From assembly GCA_013265495.1 (NCBI GenBank), contig MU057781.1, positions 746,001 to 810,000 on the forward strand: DNA of 64,000 nucleotides, written 5' to 3'. The stretch comes from Vicugna vicugna. Lineage: Eukaryota. How positions within the stretch are numbered: the stretch's first letter is position 1; each line of letters opens with the position of its first letter. The position numbers were made by a program, and so were the translations under genes. The notes beneath the pieces are model-generated. The model was given only the letters and a program-made list of their open reading frames with translations. It searched no databases and had not been told where the DNA came from. Shown here one piece after another: positions 50,547 through 63,610 of the stretch.

Positions 50547-50693
50547 GGGGAAGAGGCCCTCCTTCAAGAGCGTCCTGCCCGACCTCGCCGCCTCGCGCCA
50601 GGCCCTGGTGCACGTCTGCCGGCTGGAGCAGAGCCGGGACGCGGCCCTCCGGGAGCTGCGGGAGAAGCAGGTGCAGACGGAGCAGCGCAGGAG
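50547..50693 (+). CDS. LRRC27: LRRC27 coding exon 6, 147 nt
   Basis: GKRPSFKSVLPDL...RLEQSRDAALRELREKQVQTEQRR (coiled-coil like). Acceptor ctgcag; donor AG|GTGAGT; phases 2/2. Confidence 0.92.
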
Positions 50694-53290
50694 GTGAGTT
50701 GGGGCCGGGGGTCTGCTCACGGCAGTGTCTGCGCCTCCTGTGGCCTCAGTCCGCCTGCAGCTGCCCCGGGTCTTCCTGACGCGCCCTCGTCTCCGTCAGC
50801 CACTTGCTTACAGGTCTTTTCTATCGAAAGTTACTTAAAAATAACACTCATTAGTGGATCTCGCCCCCGCCCCGCCCCCTGGGGTCTGCTGGGGCTTTGC
50901 TGTCCTCACCATGTGCCCCGCCCTCCAGCTCCGCCGACCACGACCACGCACCTCCGCCAAGCTCTGGGCCCCAGGAGGCAAGCCGGCCTGGATGGTGCCC
51001 ACAGCGCCTGGGGGCCCCTCATCTCCTGGTGGGATTTGGCCAGTGTGGGGTCCTGCAGGCAGTCAGAGGAGGGGGAGAGGGAGGGCGGGGTCTTCACTCC
51101 CCCGCCCACCCGTGAGTGCCCCCTGGGGCCGGCTGAGTCTCTGACGGTGGCCGTTGGCCGTCCCAACGCTTCTGTCTCTTGGGTGCCAGCAGCCACTCCT
51201 TCCCTCGTCCCTGAGGCCTGGGGTGGCCACTGTCCGCTATCCCAGCAGGGTCCTGCTCGGCCTCTGGGCTTCACCCCTTGTGAATAAACCTCCTGAAACC
51301 TTCCCACCTGAGTGTTCTCCTTCCAGACCCTGCAGCTCCAGGCTGTTCACGGAGCACATGTTCTGACGTCCACCGGGGCTGTCCCGACACTGGACGTGCT
51401 TTTCTAATCCGGTTCCCTTCCCTTAGAGGAAGGGTCCCTGCCCCACGAGCGGCAGGGGTGCGGCCGGCTGACAGTGAGGCTGAGATCTGAAGGTGTGGCC
51501 TGGCTGCCCCAGGTCACTCTGGTCATTGGCTGCAGGCCAACCCCCACAGTCTCCCCAGAGTGTCCCTCAGCTCCGGTCCTGGCTGCAGGGCGAGGAGGTG
51601 ACCTGCCGCTCCCCTGCGGGCCCTGGTGGATGAGTCTGCAGGGCAGGGTAGGTGCACGTGCCGTGTGGTCATGGCCTGGACCCGAGGTGCGACAGCCCCG
51701 CCTCTCTCTGCACCCCCAAGTCCCACTCCCTCCTCACTTCTGCCTGTTTGCCGAGGCCATTTTCTGAAACACTGCTGTGGCGCCTGCCCGCCCCCCCCTC
51801 CCCGTCTCCATCCCCCGCTGCCCGGATGAGTGCATGAGCCCCACTCGCCCCCATAGCCACCTTCCCCGGCCTAGGCCAGACCCAACCCGGCGACTTGCAG
51901 GGAAGCGCAGGGCAGTGGTGCCTGGGCGGGGTGGGCATGCAGCGGGGGTGGGGAGCTGCAGGGCTGCGGGAGGCAGAGCAGAAAGTGTGCGTCCTCTCAC
52001 GGTCTGAGGCCTTTGCCACGGACAGCTGTGAAACACCAAGGGCTGTCAAGGGCCCTCTTCCTGGTGTCTCTGATGGGGACCTGAGGTGACGTTTGTGGCC
52101 TCCTTGGTGGCAGTGTGGGGGGCCCTGTCCTGTGGCCTCCCCTCTACACAACTCTGTGGACCCTCCATGCTCCCCAGTTACCTATGCGCCGTTGGCTCCC
52201 GAGACCATCCTGTGCCCCTGAAGGACCCCACCCATGCCACTCACCAGGAGGCAGCAGAGACGCAGGACCCCATGTCTGGGAGCACTGCCCACAAAGTCAC
52301 GAAGTCACAGCTCCAAGTGGGAGCACCCGGGGCTCAGGAAGCAGCCTCACGGGTGCAGAGGGGGTGCCTGGCTATCCCGGGCCTCTGCCGGAAATGCCAA
52401 AACCCGTGCCTCAGCCTGGACCTGCCTCAGCACCGAGCACAGGACGGAGGCCCTCGGCTGGGAGGCATCAGAAGGAAGGAGCCCAGGAGAATCAGCGACT
52501 GTGACCCTGAGGACGGCTGGCCTGGACGCAGGCGGCTGGAGAGGCCAGGGCCTGTCTGGAGTGGTGGCCAGGGTTAGAGATGTGACAGAGGGCTCGGCTG
52601 AGTGCTGGAATCTTGTGGAAGATGCAGGAGTTGGTTCAAATGGGCAGATGGAAGCCTGGTGGCCTCCAGCACCCAGAGGACAAGGTGGGAGGGGGTGGAG
52701 CCCTGGGCCCTGCGAGGATTCCCAGGACCTCCCACCCATCCCAGAGCCGTAAGCACAGCCAGAGCAGGCGTGTGCTTTCTGTTCAGTCTAGAAGCTTCCT
52801 GGTCTTGTGGGGGGGTGAGTCCCTCGGGGGTTGCTGCCGGGAGCCCAGCGGTGCGGCTACAGGTGCCCGGGCAGGGGAGACGAGGCTCACGCTCTCGGTG
52901 AAGCTTGGGCGCCTGAGAGGAAGTGGACAGTCAGCCTCCCTCTCAGGCCGCCTGCAGACCAGTGACCACCTATAGCCTTTGATGCTGAGCGCATGGCCGA
53001 GACCCGGCCGGGCCTTCCTGGAAAGGGCCCTGGTGCCTCACCAGGCAGGGGGCTGGGGGGGCCTGGCTTGGCTTTGGCCTCCCTCGGGGAGCGCGGGACG
53101 GGCTTAGGTGTGCCTCGCTCTGCCCAGGCGTGCACTTCAGAGCCCACAGAATCCCCGAGTCTGCCCTCGGGGCGAGGGGCCAGGAGTTGGGGCTTTTGTG
53201 TGAAGCTCTCAAAACAATGATAGAAATCCTCGAAAGCTTTGCATGCAGCTGCCCTTAACGCAAACGCTAACATCATGCGTGTTCCCGCAG

Positions 53291-53387
53291 GGACCGGAGA
53301 GCGCTGCAGGAGTGGAGGGAGCAGACCCGGGTGATGAAGAGTAGGAGGAGGGAGCTCAGCAGGTTCCCGCCCCTGCAGAGGAACCTG
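53291..53387 (+). CDS. LRRC27: LRRC27 coding exon 7, 97 nt
   Basis: [32 protein letters not shown] vs recalled human [32 protein letters not shown]. Acceptor gttcccgcag; donor CTG|GTACGT. Confidence 0.92.
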
Positions 53388-54604
53388 GTACGTCGGGGGC
53401 CCTGCCCTGAGTGCCCCGTGTGTCCCGAGGGCTGGGGTGAGGGGTGCCAGGGTCCAGGTTCACGGACGCAGGAGGCACCCCACCTCGCAAAGCCTGACTG
53501 CCCGCCAGCCTCTGTCATGCAGCCAGCAGGTGACCTCGGGCAGAAAACAGGCCTCCAGGGGGGCCTCCCCCAGCACCTTGCGCTCGCCCTGGCTCTGGCC
53601 ACCCCACTGCAGTCTGGGTGCCCTCCCCTGGCTTCCTGGGAGCTCCCCCAGGGGGTTCAGGCCAGGCCCGGGCATCGCTGTGAAGTGAGCGTCGCTGCCC
53701 CGTGCCCTCCTGGGGCCCCCCTGACCACCTTGTTCCCCTGGGAAGCTGTCCGTGTCCTGCCTTGGCCTGCTCCTCCTGCCCTCCCCCAGACATTCCCGAG
53801 GCCTCGCCTGTCCTCACTCTGCGCCCGCTTTCCCCAAGTCGTCTCTGTCCTGGCGTCCAGGCCTCGTCTCCTCTCCAGTGGACAGTCACCACCACACCTA
53901 TCCTGGCGTGCACCCCTGCTCTCTCACGGGCAGCCTCCATGTCTGCAGCCCTGGCCCAGCAAGGCTGTCATAATGAAGTCTCCCCTCTGGGGCCCCGGGC
54001 CCTACCTGCTGCCCACCTTCTCCCTGCCACAGTGCCTGAGGCCTCGCCTGCCGTGCCCCCGTCCGTGTCTTCAGAGCAGGTGTGGGAGCTCTGGACCTCG
54101 ACCTGCACGGGCTCCTCGGCCACATGTGCCTGCCAGCCAGGACTCTGCAGGCAGCCCCTTGACCCCACCAGACCCCTGCCCCGCCCACCTCAGGCCCCTG
54201 GGCTGGCCATGTGGGGCCTGCGGTTGCCAGCTGTCACTGTGCCCGACTCACCAGCCTCCTGCTCTGGGCGCTGACCATGGGTGGAAAGGCGAGGGGCTTG
54301 GGGTGGTGGGCTCAGGGCCTCCGGGGAGGGTGCCCATGTGAGGCCGGGATCTGGGCCTCAGTCCAGGCCTTGCCGCACGACCTGAGCAGACCTCCTCCGC
54401 CTTCCCCTGAGGCCCAGTCTGGGAGTCCCCTCAGCCTCTTCGTGGCGGCGAGGCTGCCCCTCAGCCCGGGCACAGAGGGGCTGTTCAGGGGACCCTGGGA
54501 GACCACGGCCCCAAGGCTGCTGTGGCTCCAGAGAGGGTGTCTCCTCCTGGCCCCGCCCACTCGGGGGGCCTATGTGAACATCACGGCGACTGTGGCAGCT
54601 GCTG

Positions 54605-55160
54605 GGTGATGGCTGTTAAATACATGCAGCATGGAACTCACCGTCTTACCTGTCCCCGTGTGACCACTGCCGCACCCGTCTCCCACCCTGTCCCCGTGAA
54701 GCACTGACTGCTTGTCCCCCTCCCCAGCCCCGGCCCCCACTCTACCTTCCATCCCCAGATTTGACTCCTCTAGGACCTCGTGTAAATGAGGGCAGACAGC
54801 ATTTGTTCCTCTCTGACCGGCCCATTTCACCGCGCATAGTGGCCTCAGATTTGTCCGTAGTGCAGCGTGTGTCACAGTTTCCTTCCTTTTTAAGGCTAAG
54901 TGACACTCCCTTGAGTGAATGGACCACATTTGCGTTTGCATCCATCCGGTCCGAGAACCCCTGGCGGTGGTGAGCCAGGCTGCCGTGCATGGGGAGGGGG
55001 CGCGGTGTTTGGTCTCACCTGGGGCGGCGCGTGGAGCTGCTTCCTTTCCCGTGAGGTTTGTTCTGCTTAGAATACGCCTGCGGTGCACGCGCAGGAGGCG
55101 GCCATTTCCATCCTGTGTGTTTTGTGGAAATGCTGCATAGAACCAGTTACCACGTTTTGT
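54605..55160 (-). mobile_element. L1MB-like 3' end
   Basis: gatttgactcctctaggacctcgtgtaaatg...cagcgtgtgtcacagtttccttcctttttaaggctaagt. Confidence 0.75.
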
Positions 55161-55169
55161 GGCGTGGAA

Positions 55170-55660
55170 ATTGAAGGACATTTATATAACTTGGCGCAGC
55201 ACAGAGCCTCTTAAGTTAAATAGGAAACTTAGAAACTCCGAAATGAAAAATGGAAAATTTTTACTTCATGAAACTGAAGGATTTCACGTGGCCTAAAAAT
55301 ACTATCATCAGAGTCAAAAGATAACTGGAGAACATTTGTGATGTGTGTTTGTGACAGACGGTTAACATCTAAAATATGAAGAAAAACTACAGACAGAGTT
55401 TTTACAGTAAAGAGTCCAGTGCAGAGACGGGCGGAGGGTCGGACAGGCGGTGCCCAAACAGGAAGCCCCCGAGGCGGTCAGGTCAGAAAAGAGGCTTCGA
55501 GGAACTGCCGCCGGCACCTGCCCAGGGAAGGCCGCCAGCTGGCCGGGCGTGGGAGGTGGCTCCCATCTCTGCTGCGGGGCCTCCGCTTCTGGAAGAATGC
55601 CGATCAAAGTGAAAACACACGTTCTTGGCACAGCTCCGGTGGCCCGTCTCGTGGGAGTGA
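55170..55660 (+). mobile_element. L1M ORF2 3' fragment
   Basis: aaaatactatcatcagagtcaaaagataactggagaacatttg...gttaacatctaaaatatgaa. Confidence 0.55.
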
Positions 55661-57762
55661 AGCAGCCAGGTCACGGGCGCGTGCGTGTTCACGACTCACC
55701 TCAGTGGGTTTCGGTGTCGCCTGCAGAACCGGGGGCAGTAGCTGCGTCCTGAGTCCCTTGACACCTGCTTTCTGAAAAGCACTGCATTTTCCTTCTTCAT
55801 GAGGCCCTGAGCCCAGCAGCTTTGCCAGTGACCTCTGAGTCCGTCTCACTGGCCTGAAGAGCATGACCGTGCGCTCGGCACTCAACACATGGAGCTCGGG
55901 GTGGCACCGTCCTCCTCCCTCCTCCGCCTCTTGACAGTAAAATAAGATTCAATGTCTGGCTTTAAAAGGACACCTGCCGAATTTAGCGTCTGTCTTTCTC
56001 CTGTTAGAATCTGTTTAGTAGGAGAACCCTGGTCAATGGACGTGTGCCTGCCTCCAGACAGTCTGCAGACAGCTTTAATTCTGCTGCATCTGCCGCCTGG
56101 CAGCGTCCTGGGGCGGGGGGAGAGGTCAGCCGGTGGTTTCTGCTCCCACTCCTCCCCCCGCCACGCGGTGTTAAGCACCTTCTAAGACTCAAGGCTGATG
56201 ACGCAGACAGACGGGTCCTGCCCTGCTGATCCACTTAACGGTGACCTGGTAGGTGGTTCAGTACCCCGGCCCCCAGCCTGCTCCCCACACCCACACTTGC
56301 CCCAGCCCCCTCCAGCCTGCTCTCAGTTGCCCCAGGGGTGTGCCCCTCCCTCATACGTGCAGACACACAGGCACAGGCCCCAGGCTCCCTGAGGTGGGGA
56401 GGGGTCAGCCTGGTTCCCAGACTGGTCCAGGGTCTGGTCTGGGCAGCAGTGGCGGTGCCGGTCGAGGGCCCTGCCGTGTTTCCAGTCATGTCCCTGGTGC
56501 CTGGGGTGGGAGGGGACAGAGGGCCGGGGCCACACAGGTTCCGAGGAGCCCAGGCGAGCGGACTGAGCCCCGGTCTCATAAGGACGCCCCCAGCAGAGCA
56601 TGAGAGCCATGGGCCGGCCTCCGCCCTCAGCAGCAGGGCCAGTCCAGAGGGGAGCACACGGAGGTGGGAGTCTGCATAGGGGAGCCTGGAGCTCCTGCCG
56701 GACATCCAGGTGCAGCCCAGGCCCAAGGAGGGAGGAGGGGAGACGAAGGTTACAGAGAGACAACCCGGCAGACCGGGAGCTGGGGAGAGGGGGGATCTGC
56801 AGGAGATGGAGGACAGACATTGAGGCGGTAGATGAAATCCAATGAGACCCGCTCAGTCTGGGCAGGCCAGAAATAGTGAATTTTCTAGTGTTTGTAGGGC
56901 AACTTAAACATAATTTATGTAATGCTATGGAAGTTTTAAGGAATTTGTCACTTTCTAAATAAGAGGTCAGTGAATTCTTACAGAGAGCATCCCAAAACAC
57001 ATCAGCCCCCACCCTGTCTCCCGCTGCCCCCTCCGTCCACAGCCAGCCTCCCCGGCCACCTCCTCCCCCGTAGCGCCTGTCGCAGCTGCTGGGGAGGGAG
57101 GAGGAGATGTTCTGTAGTTGACACTGGGCAGTCACAGGGTGGCGGGCGTGTCTGGGACCTGCCGTCCGGAGCTCATGGGGTCCCTGGGGCCTGCCCTCAC
57201 CTCTGAGGCGGGCCGGGGGGCTAGTGAGCAGACACGGCTGAGCTCTGGCTGTGTCCACGCACGCGCGGGAGGCACCTGTCTTCCCTGGGCATCACAGACG
57301 CCTTGAAAAGCCGCACTGAACTCTCTGTTGCAGACTTTCAGTTTATTTGTGCTGCTTCGCCGTGTCACTGACTGAAGCCCCGTGAGTCTCTGTTACAGGT
57401 TTTCTGAGTGCGAGGCCTTCTCTCCTGCCAGGTGTTAGCGCTGACGTGTTGGCATGACTTAGTGAGGAGGTACAGTCAAGTCTGAGTGAGAGGCTTGGGC
57501 CCTGGACGGTGTGTTCGGTCTGTTGTGCTGGTACCTGGGCTGAGGCAGGAACCGCCCACTCTGCCCCGTGTCCCAAGCTCTGGCCTCGTCCCCCATCAGC
57601 TGGCCAGCCCAGGGCCCGGAGCAGGTGACAGTGAGCCCAGGCCGAGGGCTGGTGACCACAGTGTCTGGGGCACGGGGGTCTGCGTGTGCTGCACCCAGAG
57701 GTCAGAGGGGTGTCAACAGCTGTGTGTTCTTGGATACTTGACCATCTTGTTGCATTTTCCAG

Positions 57763-57879
57763 GTGACATCAAAAATTCCCTTTGCCACGGATCTGATGGA
57801 GAATGAGAAAACCCGTGAATTCACCTGGAAAAATGAGACAAAGCAGAGAGAGATCACTGCACGCAAATCAAGGAATGCG
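57763..57879 (+). CDS. LRRC27: LRRC27 coding exon 8, 117 nt, with apparent frameshift near 57811
   Basis: Acceptor ttgcattttccag. The entry frame gives VTSKIPFATDLMENEK, but homology (PVNSPGKMRQSRERSLHANQGM) continues in a different frame. Donor CG|GTTGGT. Confidence 0.85.
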
Positions 57880-59914
57880 GTTGGTGACGAGTTCTGATTC
57901 AGTTCTGCTGGGCCCAGCCACCCCCCCCCACCCCCTCTGGTCTGAGCAGGAGGCGGCTGAGAGAGGGGACCGGACCGAGAGTGGGAAAGTCTTATTCCCT
58001 GCCCTCAGAGCTGCAACTGCAGCCTCTGTCCAGTTACCCCGTCCTGCTGTGCGCACCTGGTCCCGAGAAGCTCCCCCCACCCCGCAGCTCGGGGTCCTGG
58101 CAGGCCTTGCTTTCCCTGTGCTGACAACTCCCACCATGCTGATCCGGTGTCTGCACTCCAGTGGGGTGACCTCTGAGCTCCTGCGCCTGAGAGGGCCCCG
58201 CACCCCTCCCCACACCTCCCTTCCTGCCCCACCGCAGCAAAGTGCCCCCTGCTCCTGCCGGGGGCTGAGCCTGAGCATGGTCGGAGGGCCTGGAGCAGCC
58301 CTCGTGCTGCAACAGGTGGGTGGCAGAACCAGCCATCCCTCTTAGGCCTGGAACTCAGGAAATGCCACAGGTCTGCAGGCTGGGTTAGCCCCAGCCACGT
58401 GGGTGATTTAAACTGAGGTCCAGGGCGTTCAGATGTTCTCACCTGTCCCTATGGAGCCCACGTCGCCCTCGCGGGCCCTCAGAAAGCCCACGGCAGAGCA
58501 TGTCTGTCCACGGACACCCCTGGCCCGTGGCCTGGACTTTCCTAAGGGCCACGGTCTGATCTGTGTGGAGGACACCTGTGGTCTGTCTTTCAGCCTTTAT
58601 TCTCAGAGCAGAAACCCAGACAGATGTGCAGCTGTTGGAGCTGCGGTCAGGAGCCCAGTCAGAGGACACACCAGGCTCCACGTGTCCCTGACACTGGAGG
58701 CCCGGCCGCCCTTCCTGCCACACTCCCGGCTCTGAGCGAGGGCTTCCAGGGCCACTCGGAGCTCCTATTTAAAACCAAAGAATAGGGGCCCGGAGCCCGG
58801 GGGCCTGGTGCCAGCAGAGTGGGTGTGTTTGAAGCCCTGCTCAGTGCAGTGCCTGCTTTCCGTCTGAGGATTCATTAAAACTGTGTGTTTCACATGCAAA
58901 GACTCCCATTCTCCTCGTGCGGCACAGCGTCCTCAGCGTGTAACACGGTACCTGGGCTTGGAGCGTTTAAAACAGCATCCGTGGGTCGGGTGGGGAGAGG
59001 CCGCCCGCCCGCTGGCAACGCCCTGGGACTGCGGTTTGGCCCGAAGGAGGGAGAGGAAGCTCCTCCCCCCTCTTGGGATGGGAGAGGCCCCGCGACTAGC
59101 CCATCGCCCTTGGCTTTGCCAGTGCCCCCCAGGAGGAGAGCCGGGAAGAAGAGCCGCAGCAAGCGCGCGGCCAGAGAGGCGGGTCCCGTGGGCTAGCGCC
59201 CCTCGGGGGAGTGAGGGGGGCCGCGAGGGCCTGGAGACGGCAGGTGCCTGTCAGCTCGGCTTGAAGGTGCACGGTTTTATTCAAAATTGAAGGAAACCAC
59301 ACCGCCAGCGGCTGCTGTGTGTGGGAAATGTGCGGGGTTACACAGCAGTGCAGAGACCGAGGAGACACCATCCTGTCCTGAGTGACGCAGTTGGCCCCCC
59401 TGCCCCCCCGAGAGTGCCCAGGCCTCCACAGGCCCTTCCGGCCGAGCCCGACGCCCCTGTGCCCTGGCTCTCACAGCTGCAGGAAGACTCGCCTGTTCTC
59501 CCCGACCACCCAGGCCCCCCGCTCACTGTCTCGCCCTGACGGTGGTGGCTCAGGGCCCCGGGTCTGCTGTGCTGGGCTGCACCGAGGCAGCCCCAGAGGC
59601 GGCAGCCTCACCCCAACAGCTCGTCAAGGGCCCCGGCACAATGTCCCCTCCCCTGGGGCCGGAGGGGTGGTGGGGGGAGCGCAGGCAGGGGCTGCTCACT
59701 TCACGGAGGCCCCACCCTGGTCAGACTCAGCCCCCTTCTCAGACGCTTTCCTTCCGGCCCAGAGTGTTTCACCTGCTTCAGGCGAACCTTTACTCTCTCC
59801 AGATCTGTTCATGGGAGTGAGCTCATTCTTGGACACCCAAAACCCTACCTCCTGGGGCTTCTGGACATCCACGTCTCAGCCCACTGCTCAGAGTGTAGAC
59901 TCAGAAGTCTCTCC

Positions 59915-62615
59915 GGCGTCATGAACAACTCTGTGCTCACAGACCTGGTGCCCTACACGAAATGGACCAATTCCTTGAAAGACGCTACCTGCCAAAGCTC
60001 ACACGAGGAGAAACGGACAATCTGAATAGACGGATGTGTGTTAAAGAAATTGAGTCTGTAACTAATAACTTCCCAGCAGGTTTGCTGGTGAAGTCTACCA
60101 GATAATTAAGAGAGTGATCATACGAACTCTCCTAAGTCTCTCCCGAAAATAGAAGCAGAGGGAACACTTGGTGGCTCATCCTGTGAGGCCAGCATCACCG
60201 TGATACCATAGCCCAGGGCGTTACACGAGAGGAAGACTCCAGAGCAGCCTCTCTCACGAACACAGATGCGGAAGTCCTCAACAAAATACGAGCAGATCAA
60301 ATCCAACAACGTATGGAAAGAATTATGCACAACAAGCAAGTGGAATTTATCCCAGGCAAGCAAGGCTGGCTCGCACTTGAAAACCAGTTTAATAAAGCAT
60401 TACATCAACAGGCTGAAGAAGAGCAACTGTGCGGCTGTATCAGTAGAGGAAGGAAGAGCAGTTATCAAAGCCCGAGACAAAAGCTGTCAGCAAACCAGGG
60501 ACAGCGAGGTGCCTCCTCAGCCTGAAGAGCGTCCGCAGAGACTCACACTAACGTCGCACTGAGTGGTGAGAGGCCAGAAGCTTTTCTGTAAGGTCAGGTG
60601 CGAGAGGAGGAGTCCACTCCCACTGCTGCTCCTCAGCATCGTGCTGGACATCTTGGCTGACGCAACAAGAAAGGGAAAGTAAATACAAATCAAGAAGATG
60701 GAGATACAGCTTTGTTTTAAATGACACGATTGTCTGTGTAGAAAGTCCCAACAAATCGACCAAAAAAAAATCCTGGAACTGATAAGCAGTTGCAGAAGGC
60801 AGCAAGACACAGGGTTCACCTGGAGAGGTCCATCACCTCCCACGTGCCAGCGATGGACAGGTGGCATGTCAGCACTGAAAAAACGGTACAAGGCGTCGAT
60901 CTAGCAGAACGGGTACAGAGTCTACGTGAGGAAAACTGCAAAACTGAACGAAAGAAACCGAAGAAGAATAAATAAATGGAGAGACAGTACATGTTCACGG
61001 GTAGGAAGACTCAGTAGTGCCGAGGGGTCAGTTCTCCCCAGACTGATCTATAGATTCAGCGTAGGTTCACAGCACTGGCTTTGTGGACATTGGCAAACGG
61101 ATGTTCCAGCTTATGCACAGATGCAGAAGACTCGAAACAGCCAGAGCAGCCCTGGAGGGGAGGAGCAGAGGCAGAGGGCGGGCCCCGCCCAACGTCAAGA
61201 CTTCCCATCTAGCTCGTGTGTCATGTTAGTGAAAGTCTGGGCGAATATGGATCAATGGAACAGACAGAGAGCCCAGAAACGGACCCACACAAGTACAGTC
61301 AGCTGGCCTTTGACAGAGGAGCAGAGGTAACAGTGGAGCAAAGACGGGCACCTGCACAGCCACACACACAGAGTGAGTCCAGACACAGACCTGATGGCGT
61401 CACAAAAAGTAACTCAAAGTGCGTCATCCTTTTAGACTGCATACGCTGGGTGTGTGTAGTTTCCTTGTGTCTCGATTACACCCCAGTGAAGCTGTAAGAA
61501 GGTGGGTCACAGACTTACGTGTAAAACGCAAAACCATAAAGCTTCTAGAAGACGACGGAGGGAGAACCTAGATGGCCCTGAGTGGGTGATGACTTTTTAC
61601 GCAGAACGTGAAGGCATGAAAGAAAAAGTTGGCAGGTTGAACTTCATTAAAATGTACAAATTCTGCTTCGTGAAAGACACTGTCAAGAATAAGACAGCCA
61701 CAGACGGAGAGAAAATATTTACAGAAGACACATCTGGTTAAGCACTATTGTCCAAAATACGTGAAGAACTCTTAAAACTCAATAGAAAGAAAACAACCCA
61801 ATTAAATACCAGGCCACAGATCTGAGCAGACACCTTCCCAGAGGAGACACACAGATACTAATTAGGGACGCCCGCCTTAGGAGCTGCGGATTAGCACAAG
61901 GAGGTGGCACCACCCACACCTGGCTGCAGCCGGGGCCCTGCCAGTAAGGAGCGCTGGGAGGGCGGGGATGCGAAACCGTGCGGCCGCCGTGGAAGACAGT
62001 GTGATGGTTTCTCACAAGACTAAACCTACTCATCAAGTGACCCGTCCAGCCATCGCATCCCTTGGTATTCACGCAAAGGAGTTGAAAACTCACGTCCACA
62101 CAAAAACCTGCACACAGACGTTTACAGCAGCTTTATCCATAACTACCAGAATGTGGAAGCGACCGGGATGTTTTCAGCAGGTGGGCGGATGAATAAACCT
62201 TGGTCCATCCAGACAACGGGATTTTATTCAGAGACACAAAGAAATGAGCTGCCAAGCCACGAAAGACACGGAAGAACTTTAAATGCTTGTTACCGAGCAG
62301 AAGAAACCCATCTGAACTGGCTGCCTGCTGCCCGGCCCAGCTCTGGGGCGTTCTCGGGAGGGTCAGCCTACGGAGACGGTGAAATGAGCAGGGGTTGCCA
62401 GGGCTGAGGGGAGGGGCGAGGCGGCGGACACGGAGGAGTCTGGGGGCCACAAGGACCCTGCGTATGGTGCCGTCCTGATGGGCAGTGCCACTACATTTGT
62501 CCAGACCCACAGAATGCACAGCACCAGGAGTGAGCCCCCAGGCCGACTGTGTGTGGGCAATGAGCTGCGTCAGCGTGGGCTCCCAGTTGTGACGATGTCC
62601 CCTCTGCTGGGTGTG
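59915..62615 (+). mobile_element. L1MC-like ORF2 (RT to C-terminus) and 3' UTR, degenerate
   Basis: gaaatggaccaattccttgaaaga, ggccagcatcaccgtgatacca, catgttcacgggtaggaagactcag, and 3' UTR tttgtccagacccacagaatgcacagcacc. Confidence 0.88.
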
Positions 62616-63359
62616 AATACTGCTAACCCTAACCCTGACATTGGTTTTGAAATGGAACCTGGGTGCTGGCTCTTGTGTTCCCTTCCCAAGGAAGGAGCTG
62701 GGATGCCGTTGCCCAGACAAGGAGCCTGTGGCCCAAAGGAGACTGACCTCCGTGGGAGGCGCGCTGGCCCGTCTGCAGCGCCTGCTCCCGTGCCAGCCCC
62801 GCACCGTCACCACTGCCCGTGCGGAGGGCGGTGGCTCCCCACCTCGCGGTCAGAAGCCCAAGACCGCAGGCGATGCGGCGATGCCCCAGGGTCACCGAGC
62901 GGTCTGCAGCCGGGGCCTGCGCTCCAGCCCCTCGCTGCCGCCTTGGACGTGCGGGCCGCCGCGTTGGCCCGTGCTCCCCTCCCGTCTGCGCTCTTCCGAG
63001 GTGCAAACCCGCGTCGGGTTTCTCCAGAAGCACTGGGGGGCAGCAGCACGCCCACAGCCCCCGCTCCGGCTGAGAGGAGGGCTCGTTCCTCGGGACCCAC
63101 AGACACAGGCCCGGAGAGTCTGCACGAAGTCACATCACGCCCCGGGCTCTGGCTCCCGTTTCCCGGCTCCCGCTCCCCGACCGGGCCGTCTCCGGCTCCG
63201 GAGAAGTCAGCTGGCCGAGACAGGAGCGCGGAACCCTGAGTGAGCGGCCGGCCCAGCAACTAGTCCTGTCTCAGTGCCTCTTCCCCGCGCGATGGAGCTG
63301 GAGACCCCAGCTTTGCTGGGAGCCCCTACGTGAAGGAGAGACCAAACAGACTGACCAGA

Positions 63360-63610
63360 AAAGGGGAGACGTTGTCTGAAACAAAATGAAAACTAGAATG
63401 AAAGAGCTCTGGGCAGTGATAGAAATAAACCTTTACAAACACAGACAGTGGGCCGAGAACTCCCAGGGTCAAGTGGAAACACAGCCAAACTCCTTTGAAG
63501 TTAAAGAACATTTAAATCAGTGGATGAAGTTGAGCAAAATCCCAGGAAGTAGAACAAAAATGAGAAGAAGGATGGAAAACAGACAGGACAGGTGGCACGG
63601 ACAGACTGAG
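63360..63610 (+). mobile_element. Possible L1 ORF1 N-terminal remnant
   Basis: A-rich, coiled-coil-like coding pattern (aaatcagtggatgaagttgagcaaaatcccagg...aaaaatgagaagaaggatggaaaac). Confidence 0.45.

Noticed and set aside
53388..54341. Long ORF continuing from LRRC27 coding exon 7 into the intron (336-aa ORF)
   Set aside because: Homology stops at the donor at 53387; the rest is Pro-rich low-complexity intron read-through, though intron retention cannot be excluded.
56323..57258. 311-aa minus-strand ORF
   Set aside because: No recognisable domain, antisense intronic; treated as chance.
59915..62615. Intact reverse transcriptase / active L1
   Set aside because: Many stops, frameshifts and deletions; no long ORF2.
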